A DNA stretch of 64,000 nucleotides from Felis catus (taxonomy: Eukaryota). Made by a program: the position numbers and the translations under genes. Each line of letters starts with the position of its first letter. Positions within the stretch are counted from its first letter, which is position 1. The stretch is taken from positions 165,914,001-165,978,000 of the forward strand of contig NC_058368.1 of assembly GCF_018350175.1 (NCBI RefSeq), given 5' to 3'. Below, in pieces: positions 38,268 to 51,335 of the stretch. Below the pieces are notes generated by a model that was not told the origin of the DNA, did not search any database, and saw only the letters and a program-made list of their open reading frames with translations.

Positions 38268-41200
38268 CAGGGTTACACAGCCCTTTGCCTTAGAGACAGG
38301 AGGCATATTACTTTCTAAGTTGATTTTATTTTTCAGTGAGTAAATTATAATGATGAGTGCATTATTCTTAAATAGCATCATTAAATTATATAAAATATGT
38401 AATCAACTTTGTTTATTTAACCAATTTTCCACTGTAGTATTTTAAAAAGCTTTGGATATTACTGTAGTTAAGTATTTGAGTATATTAATAATTATTTGCA
38501 TAGGATATATTTCAAGCACTAGAATTCCTATATAAAAATATGCTTATTAAAAATATAAAAATACACACTACCCTAAAAATTTCAAAATAAAGTACTTGTT
38601 TATCTGAGCCCTTAATGTCACTAATTATAATTTATTTTATCATTGATAAACTGAGGGTGAAATGTCATTTTATTGTTTAAATATACAATTCACTGATTTC
38701 TAGAGAAGTCCACTTATCTACCTCTTTTTCCCCATAGTGTTTATTGTTTTTGTTTTCCTTTGTTAATTTCCTCCATACTACATTTTCTCTATTTCTCTAT
38801 TAATAGGTTGAATTGCATTAATGGATTTAGAACAATCTATTCTTGCCTTTCTGGAGTGACTGCAATTGTCTACACTGTGTTGTTTAATTACATTTGTTAA
38901 TATTTAATAAAGTTGAACATCCATAATTAGATTCATTTTTTTATTTTTTAATATTTATTTTTGTTACATTTTTGCATTAGTGATTTGCTGGCTCTATAAA
39001 AACAACTTATGCCTTGAAAGGGTTAAAATTTAGCTTCAACTCACCCCTGCACTTTTCTGAGGCTAGAGTTCTCTGGGAAGTCTCAAGTCGCTTATTGTAT
39101 CTTTCATCCTTCTTACTTCTCTGTTAGATTTTCTATTTTTTCATGGGTTCTTAAACCCTAATTTTCTAAAAGTATTTCTTTCATCTAGTTTTTGGTAGCT
39201 GTTACCATGGATTTTTGAAGTACTCTTTTCTAAGCTCAGATTTATTTCCAATCTCAAGAACTATATGTTCCGATTTCATTAGAAAGTTCCTATATATTGA
39301 CAAATAATTTCTAAGCAATAACAATACAAAATTACATCAAAGTTAGACCACTAAGAGTAAATTAAAGAGGTGACATTTGATTAAAAACTTAAAAAAATAT
39401 TTAACCTCACTGCTTTTAAATATTTAAGACTCAAAAAAGATTAGTCTGTGATTTAGTGTAACATCATGTCCAAAATTAAAATGAGCAGTGTAAAAGCAAA
39501 GATTTCTGTTTGGTTCTGCTTCTCTTTTGTCACATCATAATGTTATTTTACCATAATTTACCCTCTTATAACATAAGAGAAGTGAAGAATATGGTCTCTG
39601 AGGTGTTTCATAGTTTTGTAATTCCCAAAGTTGAATGTCCCTAATTTTATAATGAAAACTAAAATCAGAAGTAGGTTCTAGGTCTAGATCTGTGTCATCT
39701 GTACTGATAGCATAGTTGAAGCCTTGGTATAAGTTCTCTGGGGAAAGCATACCAAAAGGAATGTAGATGGGCCTAGTATTCAGTAATGCTCACACTATGG
39801 AATGAAAAAGAAATGGGGGAAAACTAGAAAAGGAAAGAATATATTTATACTTTTAATTTGATGCAGTGTTACTGACATTGACAGAGTATAAAGTTCACCT
39901 TAAAACATGTTTTCAACAAAGATGAATTATGTTTAACTGAGTCAGGAAACCAGACAGCAGAGATAATCAATTTATGTTAATAGTTTAAAACTTACAATGA
40001 AAGTCTCACACTATTTCTTAGATTCATTTAGTGATAAGCTCATCCTCTGATATATTTTATAAATGGAACCTAAGGAAGAAGCATGGATGTCAAGAGGAAA
40101 GGGGAATAAACTATGTGACAGGAGACTGCTGTTCTTTCCTTCTAAATTATAGAAACAATGCAACTGATAATATTTTGCATTTAGACCGTTTCCCTTCTAA
40201 AAGCTTAAAACAGCACAGAGATTAAACCGGATGTCCTTTTTCTTACCCATCCAACCAAGCACAAAAATGCAGCAAAAACTAAAGAGCTATTCTGATTGCT
40301 TTTCTGATAAACCCTAATCAGTGATATGCTGTTTTCTTCATCATATGACAAGCTCTATTGTCTTTAAAAACCGCCTATGTTTGTTATCATTGTTCTCTAG
40401 TCACTAAGTACAGGTATTTGACTACTGTCTTGGTGCTCAGCTGATGTTTGTGTATTGTGTGTTGAGGCAAGGGATATTTGGAAGATGAAGTGTTGACAAA
40501 GGGCTACTGACATTCATCTTTAGAGCACCTCTAGTGTATTATTAATAGGGACATTTAACAGAGAGCCGAGCTCTTATTAATCAAAATAGCATTCTTATCC
40601 AAAAGCTCTTTGGGAGAAGTTATCAATAAAGAATTTTATTGCAACAGAAATTGTGCCAGGCCATTAATATAAAACAAATACAGATAGCACTTAGAGATTG
40701 AAATTGGAAGTGGATGGGATGTCATTATGAGAAAATGGATTGAAACATGCTGAATCTCACTAATCCAATTCTTGACAGGCCATAATTTGCAACAGTGACT
40801 CTACTCATAAGAGTGTTCTGTGGTAAATTATAGATGGATGAAAAAACGTAAATTCTAAACATTTTTGAATTGTCATACCTAATTGTCTGCTGTAGCTTTA
40901 TTGCCTTAGTCCAGAACTCTACCTTGGGTTTTCCTCTACAGATAAAACTTTTCTTAATATGAAATATTTACGTGAATATATTTAAACCATAATTACATGT
41001 TGTTTTCTAATTAACTGTTGCTTTATTCACTTAATCTTTAATCCTAAATTACTTATTAAAACATTTATTCTACAATCACTCTCTCTCTCTCTCTCTCATA
41101 ATTGTATTTCACTAAATGAAGATTCTTTATGTTGCAAGTAACAGAAGTCCATTCAACCAACTTAAGTAAAAGAGAGTTTGGTGTTTCTCAAAGAACCTGA

Positions 41201-41914
41201 CAAAGATATAACTCAAATTAAAATCTACTGAGAACCACATATTTAGATGTCATCAAGACATTATTTCTTTCATTTTTTTTTCTCGATACATTTCTGCTTC
41301 ATTCTTCACTCTTCCTACAGAAAGGATCTTCTACTTGTTAATACAAATAGCACAATAGTCAGAGGTATGAAATGTTGTACTGCGGGCACTAAAGACAAAC
41401 TTCTTTTTTTTTCATCCATTTCTCTGTATCTGGTTCTCTATCTCTGTCTCCATCTCTCCCCTTCCCTCTGTCTTGCCTCTTCTTCCCTTCCTCCCTCCTT
41501 TTTTTCCCTTTTCTCTTCCTTTTCTTCATGCTTCTCATTCTTTCTTTCCCTCCATTCCATGGAACCCTTAGAATTGGGAATAGGATTAGCTCAGCTTGTG
41601 GCAGGCATCCATGCTGAAACAATTCCTTAATTTGAAGTGGCTACTTCTTTGGGTAGAGGCCAATAAGTAACATTTTTAAGACTAGGTGGGTGAAATTGAG
41701 TGAAGGGACTACTCTGCAGACAAAGCAACTGGTCTGGAACTTAAATACATATGATAGTGCCATGTGAAATTTATACCCTTTTTTAATACCTTCTCCAGAT
41801 TTGTCACTTCTTTTCTGTTATATTAATTATATTAGTATATTAAAGTATATTAATTATATTAAGTATAATATATTAATTTTCAAAATTATATATTAATATT
41901 AATTTCCACTTTTT

Positions 41915-42126
41915 AAAATGCTTATTTATTTACTTATTTTTTGAGATAGAGAGAGAGACAGGGTGTGTGAGTGGGAGAGGGGCAGAGAGAAAGGGAGAGA
42001 GAGAATCACAAGCAGGTTCTGCCCTGTCAGCAAAGAGCCTGACGTGGGGCCCATGAACCATGAGATCATGACCAGAGCCAAAATCAAGAGCCAGACACTT
42101 AACTGTCTGGGGCATCCAGGTGCCCC
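41915..42126 (-). mobile_element. Older Can-SINE
   Basis: Ends ggcatccaggtgcccc; imperfect TSD tccacttttt / tccaattttt. Confidence 0.93.
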
Positions 42127-42936
42127 TCCAATTTTTATATTAAGCCAAAAATATACCCCTGGTGGTAAATATTAAATATTTTATTGTTTAATAGATATCT
42201 TTATTATTTTGATTTTGTTTTCAAACTCTCCAGTTAAATCTTCCTTTTCCTTTCCAATTTATGTTTTCTGTTCTTTTATACTTCCTTCAATGCCCAAATT
42301 GGTAACCCAGTGCATCATTTAAAATCCCAAATGCACTGTACACCAACTTTGCTGAAGCTGCAATTTTGAGATGAGCCTTTGGGGTATTTTTTGTTTTGAT
42401 TTAACAGGAAAAATTAACAGGGTCATTCATGCAAAATTTTGCACACCAAACTAAATATCTAATTATGCTTTCCTACACCAGACTGTGCTTTGCTCCAGAT
42501 GTACGCTCTTAAATAGCTCTTTAATGTTCTGCAACTCCAAGTAATGGCATTCCGAAACTTTCATTTTTTCCCTCGTAAAATCAGTTTATCAACTTTAGTC
42601 AAAGAATAAATGTGTCTATATCATGACACAATCTACTAAGTCAATCATGTTTATGCTTGATTTTGGGAGAAAGTCAAGCTTGTGTCACTTTGATGTTTAA
42701 GTGGCATAAGAACTTGCATAGATATGAGGAGACTAAATCTTTCTGGCAATACAGAAATACAAATAGGAATACTTTCAGAACATTGCTTATGGAGGTCATA
42801 AAACAAAATTTAAGAAAGTATCACACCACGTTAAAATGCCTGGTTTCAGAAAAATAGAAAAAAATCTTCAATGAAGGCTTTATTCTTCCTAAATAAGGCA
42901 TTTTAACCTGAAATGACCATCCTTGTATGTATATTT

Positions 42937-42940
42937 TGTG

Positions 42941-42971
<31 letters not shown>
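42937..42971. repeat. (TG)n microsatellite
   Basis: About 17 units with one interruption. Confidence 0.98.
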
Positions 42972-43040
42972 ATAATAGTTTGTTTCTAGTATATTATTAG
43001 TTCTTTCATTGGTTTTGTACTTTGCATGTTTCAATTTTAA

Positions 43041-43252
43041 ATTTTTTTTTAACGTTTATTTATTTTTGGGACAGAGAGAGACAGAGCATGAATGGGGGAG
43101 GGGCAGAGAGAGGAGGAGACACAGAATCGGAAACAGGCTCCAGGCTCTGAGCCATCAGCCCAGAGCCCAACGCGGGGCTCGAACTCACGGACCGCGAGAT
43201 CGTGACCTGGCTGAAGTGGGACGCTTAACCGACTGCGCCACCCAGGCGCCCC
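43041..43252 (-). mobile_element. Young Can-SINE (SINEC_Fc)
   Basis: TSD tgc(a/g)tgtttcaattttaa at 43023-43040 and 43253-43270. Confidence 0.98.
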
Positions 43253-44150
43253 TGCGTGTTTCAATTTTAATCTACCATAAAATACAAATGATTTATTGTT
43301 ACTGAAGTATTCAATACAAAATTTTCTACTGTGGCAATTTTGGAAATTCATTTAAATATTCCAGATACAAAAATCTTAGCAGTGAAATCAGTTAACCGCA
43401 AATTGATCTTGTAATTATAAATGCTGCATGTAGAACTCAATACATTTTTAATGCTCAAATTAAGACACACTAATTACACAGTAACTGCCTAAATAAATGG
43501 CGTATAATTTAGCGTTATGCCAAAGAGTGCTGCTCAGATTCAGATGCTTCTAATCATGGGGGAAACTTGTTCACTGCTGGTAAAATGTTAACTTTGATGA
43601 ACAAACTGGTGATTACCCAAGAAAAGATCTACCAATGGAAATACTGAGTTCATATAATTTCAGGTGTCTTTTTTTATTGACCTATTTTAAAGGTTGTTTT
43701 TAAACTCTTTACTTCAGTTTCTTGTTAATTCATTCAGTGTTTCAAAACAATGGGAGGTTCCAACTTTCAAAAAATATCTTTTTCTAAAAGTCAAACGGAC
43801 TGCTCATAGAAACAGTATTTTGAATGCTAATTATGTTCCAGAGTATAGTAAACAAATATCGGTTTTATTATATGTCACTCTGAAACTTAAGATTTCTAAT
43901 GTAAGTCAGTGTACAGTAAGTCTGCTATATAAAAATAGCAGAAATAAACAGAAAATTGAATAGGGATTCAAATGTTAATATGAATTCTAATTCTTGAAGG
44001 ATAAAGAGTTTTCACTAAAGGAGAATAAAAGAGGTAGATAGAAAAGAGGTAGATGGAATAAAAGATGGTAGATGGAAGTAAAAGAGATCCATATGGGGAA
44101 TTCTAAGCAATGTCAATATTTATCAAGTTTAATATCACATGCGTTTCTTT

Positions 44151-44361
44151 TAAAAAAATTTTTAATGTTTATTTATTTTTGAGAGAGAGACAGAGTATGA
44201 GTGGGGGAGGGGCAGAGAGAAAGGGAGACAGAATCTGAAGCAGGCTCCAGGCTCTGAGCTGTCAACACAGAGCCCAAAGCAGGGATCCAAATCACAAACT
44301 GTGAGATCATGACCTGAGCCGAAGTCAGACGCTTAAATGACTGAGCCACCTAGGCACTCCC
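44151..44361 (-). mobile_element. Can-SINE
   Basis: TSD atcacatgc(g/t)tttcttt at 44134-44150 and 44362-44378. Confidence 0.97.
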
Positions 44362-45915
44362 ATCACATGCTTTTCTTTAGGATTAAATTCACTTAAATTT
44401 TATGACTTTCGTTTTCCTTGATATATATTTACCATTACCTTTCTTTTGTGTTTTTGTGCTTAAGAGAGATCATTCTTTGACCCACAAATGGAATAAATAT
44501 AAGAGGTTAAATAAAAGAGGGAGAGGTCAACAAAGACTTTCTTGGAATAACTAAAGAAAAACTGAAAGAGAAGGTAAATAAAAAGATAAAAAAGTAATGT
44601 GTACATAAGTATGAAAAATTGTCTTAACTGAATGAATTTAACTGAACTGTAAGTGAATTAAAAAAGAAAATGAAGTAAATTATAAGTGCAAACTTTCTTT
44701 GAATGGAAATAAAGGAAGTGGTTAAAAATGACAAATTAAATAGTAGACAAGCCATTACTCACCAGAACTACTGAATTCTTCTCCAATCAGGGATGGGGAG
44801 AGGAAGACCTCAAAATCCCCAAAGCCAGGGAAGGGTGGGATCATCTCTTAATGAAAATGGAGATTGAATATGTCAGATATTCATTCATCACTGAATGTAG
44901 AGTGCGAGAATTATCAGTTTCTTTCTTGTATTTTTCCAAGCAGCTTATTGTGGTATTTCTGGAGGAGTGCATAGGAGCCTTCAAGACCTAGTGTTTTGAT
45001 GTTTTTCTTCAGTTGCAAAGTACAGAAAATCCTTTAAATAATTCAAGTAATTAGGTAATTTTTTTGACCAAATGCAGAGAAAACCCAATACACTTAGTAG
45101 CAGCAGTAAGAATAGTAAGGCTTCAGATTCTGTAATCATTTTCCATGCAGTTAAGGCCAGGATGATGTCACAAGGTATATTACCACTTGCTTTTATAGAA
45201 ACTAAATATCAGACAATTTTACTAAGAAAAACAATATGGAGATTCACTAATTAAAATGCCCACTGTTTTTCATAATCTCTAAAAGCGTTAAAACATTAAA
45301 TCATACTGTGCTCATCAGGTAAATATTGGTACTAAATCAAACATGGAGAAGGGAGAAAAACATAAAAAAATATCAAACAATTAGCATCCATGGCTCTCTT
45401 ATCTTGAATGTATCATCTCACTTAAACTTGTCCTAGACCAGACTTGCTCTAAATGATACTTACATTTCATATTAATTTATTCCATGAAAGAAAGAATTCC
45501 TCTATCATCCCTTTAAAACTAAAACTCAATAAAATATGATGAATGTTTTAATTTAATAAGCTAAAAATCCTAATTATCATTTGAGCTGAGAAATTTATAG
45601 GTATCAATACATATATAGAATTAAAAGTAATTCAAATAATAGGACAATTAAGTATTTACATAAAGTTGATGCTTTTTTTGACAATTACATTAAACTTACT
45701 GGTTTGACCAATGTACCCTTTAATATCTGTATTCTCACTAGAGTACTATAACCTGTGCAGAGAACGTATTGTCAATGCCTAACATCTACATCTTCCATCA
45801 TCAGAGGTGAGGATACATTATGAAATAAGAAGGGAGAACTGGAGAAAAATTCATTCTAACTGACTATCTAAGCCTCAACAACTTCCGTAGGTAAATCTTG
45901 GAATAAAAATGTTTA

Positions 45916-46083
45916 GGGGCACCTGTGTGGCTCAGTCGGTTGAGTGTCCGACTTCGGCTCAGGTCTTGATCTCACAGTCCATGGGTTCAACCCCGCTTCG
46001 AGCTCTGTGCTGATGGCTCGGAGTCTGCAGCCTGCTTCAAATTCTGTCTCCCTCTCTCTCTGCCCCTCCCCCATTCATTCTCC

Positions 46084-46114
<31 letters not shown>

Positions 46115-46136
46115 AAAAATAAACATTAAAAAGATT
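45916..46136 (+). mobile_element. Can-SINE
   Basis: TSD taaaaatgttta at 45904-45915 and 46137-46148. Confidence 0.97.
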
Positions 46137-46635
46137 TAAAAATGTTTAAACTAATCATTATCCTTTTTAACATAGGTTTAAAGACATGGCTTTTTCCAGC
46201 AATCCTTCAGACAAAAATTTCATAGTAAAATACAGATATATATAGATGTTCTAACCAACATTTATAAAATGTTCCACAAAATACTCGTAAATAAAAAAGA
46301 TGGATGTGTTATTTCTCGGGGTTTTTTTTTGGATGTGAAATTTCTATAATGTAAAATTCTGCATTGTAGTTAATATTTCTCAATTGTAATTATAACTACA
46401 TACTTACATACTCTTGCTACTGATCAAACCTAAATAAGTTGAGGGTCCTTAAACTGAAAATGTTACATATCAAGTTTCCTTTAAAATGTTTCATTTATTG
46501 ATTGATGTTATTTTATCTGTTTTTACCTAGGGCATAAAGTTCTTTTGATGTAAAAATACAAGACTATGTATTTCCTTTGAATATTTTCTGTGTACCTCTG
46601 AACACTTCACTTACATATTAGTTTTGGGTAATTAA

Positions 46636-46750
46636 AGGGTCAGCAAACATTTTCTATAAAAGGCAATGTAGTAAATATTTCAGACATTACAGGCCACATA
46701 AGTAGCTGCTGCATATTCTTTTTTTAACCCTTTAATGTAAAATAATAAAA
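46636..46750. mobile_element. MER58-type hAT transposon, one end only
   Basis: agggtcagcaaacattttctataaaaggcaatgtagtaaatattttcag resembles the MER58 terminus. Confidence 0.7.
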
Positions 46751-46759
46751 TTAAAAATA

Positions 46760-47001
46760 AAAACCTTAGATGATCTTGGATACAATAATGACTTCTTAGA
46801 TAAAACAAAGGCATTATCCAGGAAAGAAATCATTGACAAACTAGACTTCATTAATATTAGAAATTCTTATTTGCTCAGATAACATCAAGAGAATAAGGCA
46901 AACCACAGACTAATTGTTAAAGTATTTGCAAAAGATACCTCTGATAAAGGACTGATATCCAAAATACACAAATAACTCTTAAAACTCAACAATAAGAAAT
47001 C
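46760..47001 (+). mobile_element. Old L1 (L1MC/MD-like) ORF2, left part of a split element
   Basis: ctgataaaggactgatatccaaaatacacaaataactcttaaaactcaacaataagaaa; continues colinearly at about 63684. Confidence 0.85.
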
Positions 47002-48070
47002 AGGGTGATGTCAGCATCACGGAAATATAACCTGTCTACCTTTTGTCAACTGCTAAAAATCAGCATAAATTCACAAACAAAAGTACCTCTAGGAATTGTG
47101 GGATCCAGCACCATATGCCAAAGGACTTGCGAGAAGACTTGCCCATCTGTACATTGGGTTTTATGCAGACAGACCTGAGTTCTGTCTGTGGAATCAGCAG
47201 AGGCCACATACTAACACCATTTCTTCTTGGTCGTGGTAGGGTATTACCCAGAAAGTGATGATTTGGCCACTGAGACACAAGAGAGGTTTTGTAGAAGTCT
47301 AGTCTTCCTGAGGAGAGATTCTAATACTCCCTTGGAAGAAAATAAATAAACAAACATGAGTTTGGATATCCTGAAGTGGGTAGGAGGAACTTTTCCAGCA
47401 TTGTCTCTCCTTCAGAACCACATAGTACAGAGCTGAACTAGCTAGCAATGACCTCTCTGACAGAGGAAAAGTAGAGTAGTGCGTAAGTGCCCTGATATTC
47501 CAGCTATGTAGGATTCTGAGAAACCCACTGCTTTCCAGCAGCACCCAGAATACTGAAGCGGGATGTCCAAGGCTGGGAGCAGTGAGGGGATCAGGGAAGA
47601 GGCATAAAAGAATATCAAAAGGCAACACTGGGATGCAGTTCCTGCTGACTGTTAAGGACTATCACAAGAAGCCTGCCCAATGCTGCTGGGAGAACCTCAC
47701 CCAAGAACTCCCACCCCCACCCATGGGTACCCCCATCACCTTAGTGCTAAACCTACACTTCTCTGATCACTCTGCAGTTGGCTCCTTGTGAATGCTTATG
47801 ATACAGCATCAGGAAAGTGCTCCCTGCATATCAAATGTGCTCAGAAAATCAAAGCAGTGTCTGTAAGTAAAGGAGAAAATACGAACTTGAACTACTGTGC
47901 CACTTTCTGGAAAATAAAAGAGTTTTCCAGCAGCCAGCCTACTGAGTTGCCAAAACAAGGTAAAATATACAGACTTAAGAATTTAACCACAAGAGGGAGA
48001 AGGAAGTGGGGAGCAGGTATATTGATACAAAGTTGGAAAAAATCCTAGATATAAGATCAATGAAAAAAGT

Positions 48071-48172
48071 CTAACACTGGAGGACAAGAAGTACAGATAG
48101 GAGGAGTAATAATTAGTAATAATTTACTAATTATTACTCCTCCTATCTGTACTTCTTGTCCTCCAGTGTTAG
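48071..48172. repeat. Perfect inverted repeat: 49-bp arms, 4-nt spacer
   Basis: 48071-48119 is the exact reverse complement of 48124-48172. Confidence 0.98.
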
Positions 48173-48984
48173 TAAATTATTACTAATTTATTATTTTATT
48201 AATTATTTACTAATTAATTAGTAAATTATTACTAATTATTACTAATAATTAATAAAGATAGGAGGAGTAATTTTGAAATGTGAAAATTGCAACATAAAAA
48301 AATAAGAGAAAAATGGAGAATGAAGGTAATAGGTAATCAGTAAAAGATAACAATAATCCTCTAGTACCCAAACTCAAAGACATGACTTTTCAAACTAGCT
48401 AAGAAAGAATTCAAAATAGCTGTTTTGAAGAATCTTAACAAGCTACAGAAAAGACAGAAAGATAATTCAATGAAATCAGAAGAACACTTCATCAACAAAA
48501 TAAGAAATTCATCAAAAATACAAAAATCATACAAAATAGCCAAATAGAAATTCTGGAGATGAAGAATGCAATGAATGAAATATAAATAATAAATAAATAA
48601 ATAAACAAACAAATACACACACATACATACATACATATACATAAATGCAACAAGAGAGCATCAACATGAGAACAGACCAAAAAGAAGACAGAATCATTAA
48701 GTCAGAAGATAGGAATTCTGAACAACCTAGTTGTGGGAAAACAAAGAAAAAATAATGAAGAATAAGCAAAACGAACAAACAAACAAAAAAACCTACCTAA
48801 TCTATGGGACATGATCAAAGGTACATATACCAGATTAACTGGAGTTCCAGAATAGAGGGACAAGAGGTTAGAAAGCTTATGTAAAGAAATAATAGCTGAT
48901 AACATCCCAAACCTGGGGAAAGATTTGGACACCCAAGTTCACACAGTGTATAGATTACCTTATTATCTCATTTCAAAACAACAA

Positions 48985-49210
48985 GGGGCACCTGGGTGGC
49001 TCAGTCAGTTAAACATCCAATTCTTGATTTTGTCTCAGGTCATAATCTCATGGTTCTTGGGATGGAGCCCTACAGCAGGCTCTGTGTTGATACCATGGAG
49101 CCTACTTGGGATTCTCTCTTTCCCTCTATCTCTGACTCTCCACCATTGACACGTGAGTGCACACATGCTCTCTCACTCTCTCAAAATAAATAAATAAACA
49201 TTAAAAAAAT
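48985..49210 (+). mobile_element. Older Can-SINE in L1 ORF1
   Basis: TSD aaacaacaa at 48976-48984 and 49211-49219. Confidence 0.95.
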
Positions 49211-49499
49211 AAACAACAAAAAATACTCTTTTTTCAAGACACATTATAATGAAATGTTCAAAAACCAAAGTCAAAGATAGAATCCAAATAACAAGCTAGA
49301 GAATAAAAGGAATGTGACCTACAAAAGAAGTCTCATTGGTCTATCAGTAAATTTTGCAGCAGAAACCTCACAGGCCAGGAGACATATAATAATAAAGTGT
49401 CAAAAGAATAAAAAAAGCCAATCAAGAATACTCTATCCAACAATGTTATCATTCAGATAGGATGCAGAATAAAGACTTTTCTAGACTGAAAAGAGAGAA

Positions 49500-49530
<31 letters not shown>

Positions 49531-50248
49531 AGGGGGGAGAGTTAATGACCACTACACCTGCCTTGCAAGAAATGCTCAAAGCTTTTCAGAAAAAATGAAA
49601 AGATGCTAATTAGTAACATGGATATAAAGGTAAATATACCTTTATACCTGATAAAGGTAAATATGCAGTCATATTTAAAAAACCAATTCTGCAATATGTG
49701 TGTGAAACACTTAACTATATGTAGTATAACAGTCTAAGAAAAATAGTATGAAAATAACTATAGTTACTATACTTTGTTACTGAATACACCATATAAAAGA
49801 GGTAAATTGTAACATTAAAAACATGAAGAAAGGAATAAAAGGGTAGGGGTTTTGCAATCAAGTTGCTATATGCTTAAAATGGATTATTGTACTTGTAAGA
49901 TGATTTTTGTAAGCCTCACATTAACACAAAGCAAAAACCTAGGGTAGATTCACAAAGATAAAGAAAGATGAACCATCATATTACTACAGAAAATCACCAA
50001 TTCACAAAGGTAGGTAGAAACAGAAGGAAAACAACATCAATATAAATACAAAGCAGCCAGAAGGTAATTAATAAGATGTTATTAGTATGTCTTATGTACC
50101 AATAATTTCTCTAAACGTAAATGGGCTGACTTCACCAATAAAAAGACACAGAATACCTGAAAGGATTTAAAAAGAAGCAACTGTATGCTGTCTGCAAGAG
50201 ACTCGCTTCAGCTTTAACAACACACATGAACTCAAAGTGAAGGGCTGG

Positions 50249-51090
50249 TGTACTGGATGACCTACAGTTCTCTTCCTCCTATGTGTCTACTTTTATACCG
50301 AACACTACTATACTAACAATACCTCTGACATCAGATGTGTGGAAATTTTCCCACACAAAGCAATTCTCTGCAATAGCAGCTGGACATCCTACAATTAAGT
50401 GAATTCTGACATTACCTACCTGAAGATACCATCAGGTCTCATAGGAAGGCTCAGTTCCATGAGACTGTCCCCCACTTCAGATGCCAATCATAAACAGGAG
50501 GTCCCCAGGCTACCTACAACTTCTGTCTGACTTGGCTATATAATAGAGTTACCCATGACTTTCTTCCCTTTTGGATTACTCTAACTTGGTAGAACAACTC
50601 ACAGAACTCAGGAAAACACTTATTGACATCTATCATCTTATTGAAGGATATGCTGAAGGATACAGATGAATAGCCAAAGAAATACATAGGATAAAGTCTG
50701 GGAGGGTCCCAAATGCAAGAGCTTCTGTCCCCATGGAGTTGGGGTGCTTCATTCTCCCAGTACATAGATGTGTTAACCAATCCAGAACCTTTCTGAACCT
50801 TATACTATTAGGATTTTTATGGGGCCTTTATCACATAGGCAAGATTGATCATTAACTTAATTTTCAGTTCTTCTATCTTCTCAAGAGAATGGGGGTGAGT
50901 GGGGACCAAAAACTCCAAGCTTAGTCTTTCTGGTGACTAAACCCCAAACAAGAGCCATCTAGGAGTCTATCCAGAATCATCTTATTAGAACAAAAGACAT
51001 TCTAATTACCCAGTAAATTGGAAGGATTTCAGGAGCTCTGTGTCAAGAACGTGCGGCAAAGACCAATATATTTTTTTCTAATATCTCACA
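50249..51090 (-). mobile_element. Solo LTR, MER21-like
   Basis: TG...CA termini; minus-strand start tgtgagatattagaaaaaaatatattggtcttt...gacacagagctcctgaaatcc; L1 endonuclease sequence is colinear across it. Confidence 0.85.
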
Positions 51091-51135
51091 GATGAAAAAG
51101 ATATTCCATGCAAATAGAAAACAAAAGCAAATGAT

Positions 51136-51335
51136 GGGGTGCATGGGTGGCTTAGTCAATTGAGCATCCAACCCTTGGTTTCAGCTCAAGTCAAGATCTT
51201 GCCCTATGTTTGGCTCTGTGTTGATAGCACACAGTCTGCTTGGGTTTCTCTCTCTCCCCCTCTCTCTCTGCCCCTCCCCCACTCACATGCTCACTCTCTC
51301 TCAAAAATAAATAAACGTTAAAAAATTGTTTAAAA
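51136..51335 (+). mobile_element. Older Can-SINE
   Basis: Head ggggtgcatgggtggcttag, (CT)n, A tail. Confidence 0.93.

Noticed and set aside
40523..40537. CTCF-like motif agcacctctagtgt
   Set aside because: Mismatches at the highly constrained GGC positions of the core.
48071..48172. Palindrome as a pre-miRNA or MITE
   Set aside because: Perfect arms with one arm continuous with host L1 sequence, plus adjacent junction-templated copies, fit a repair scar better.
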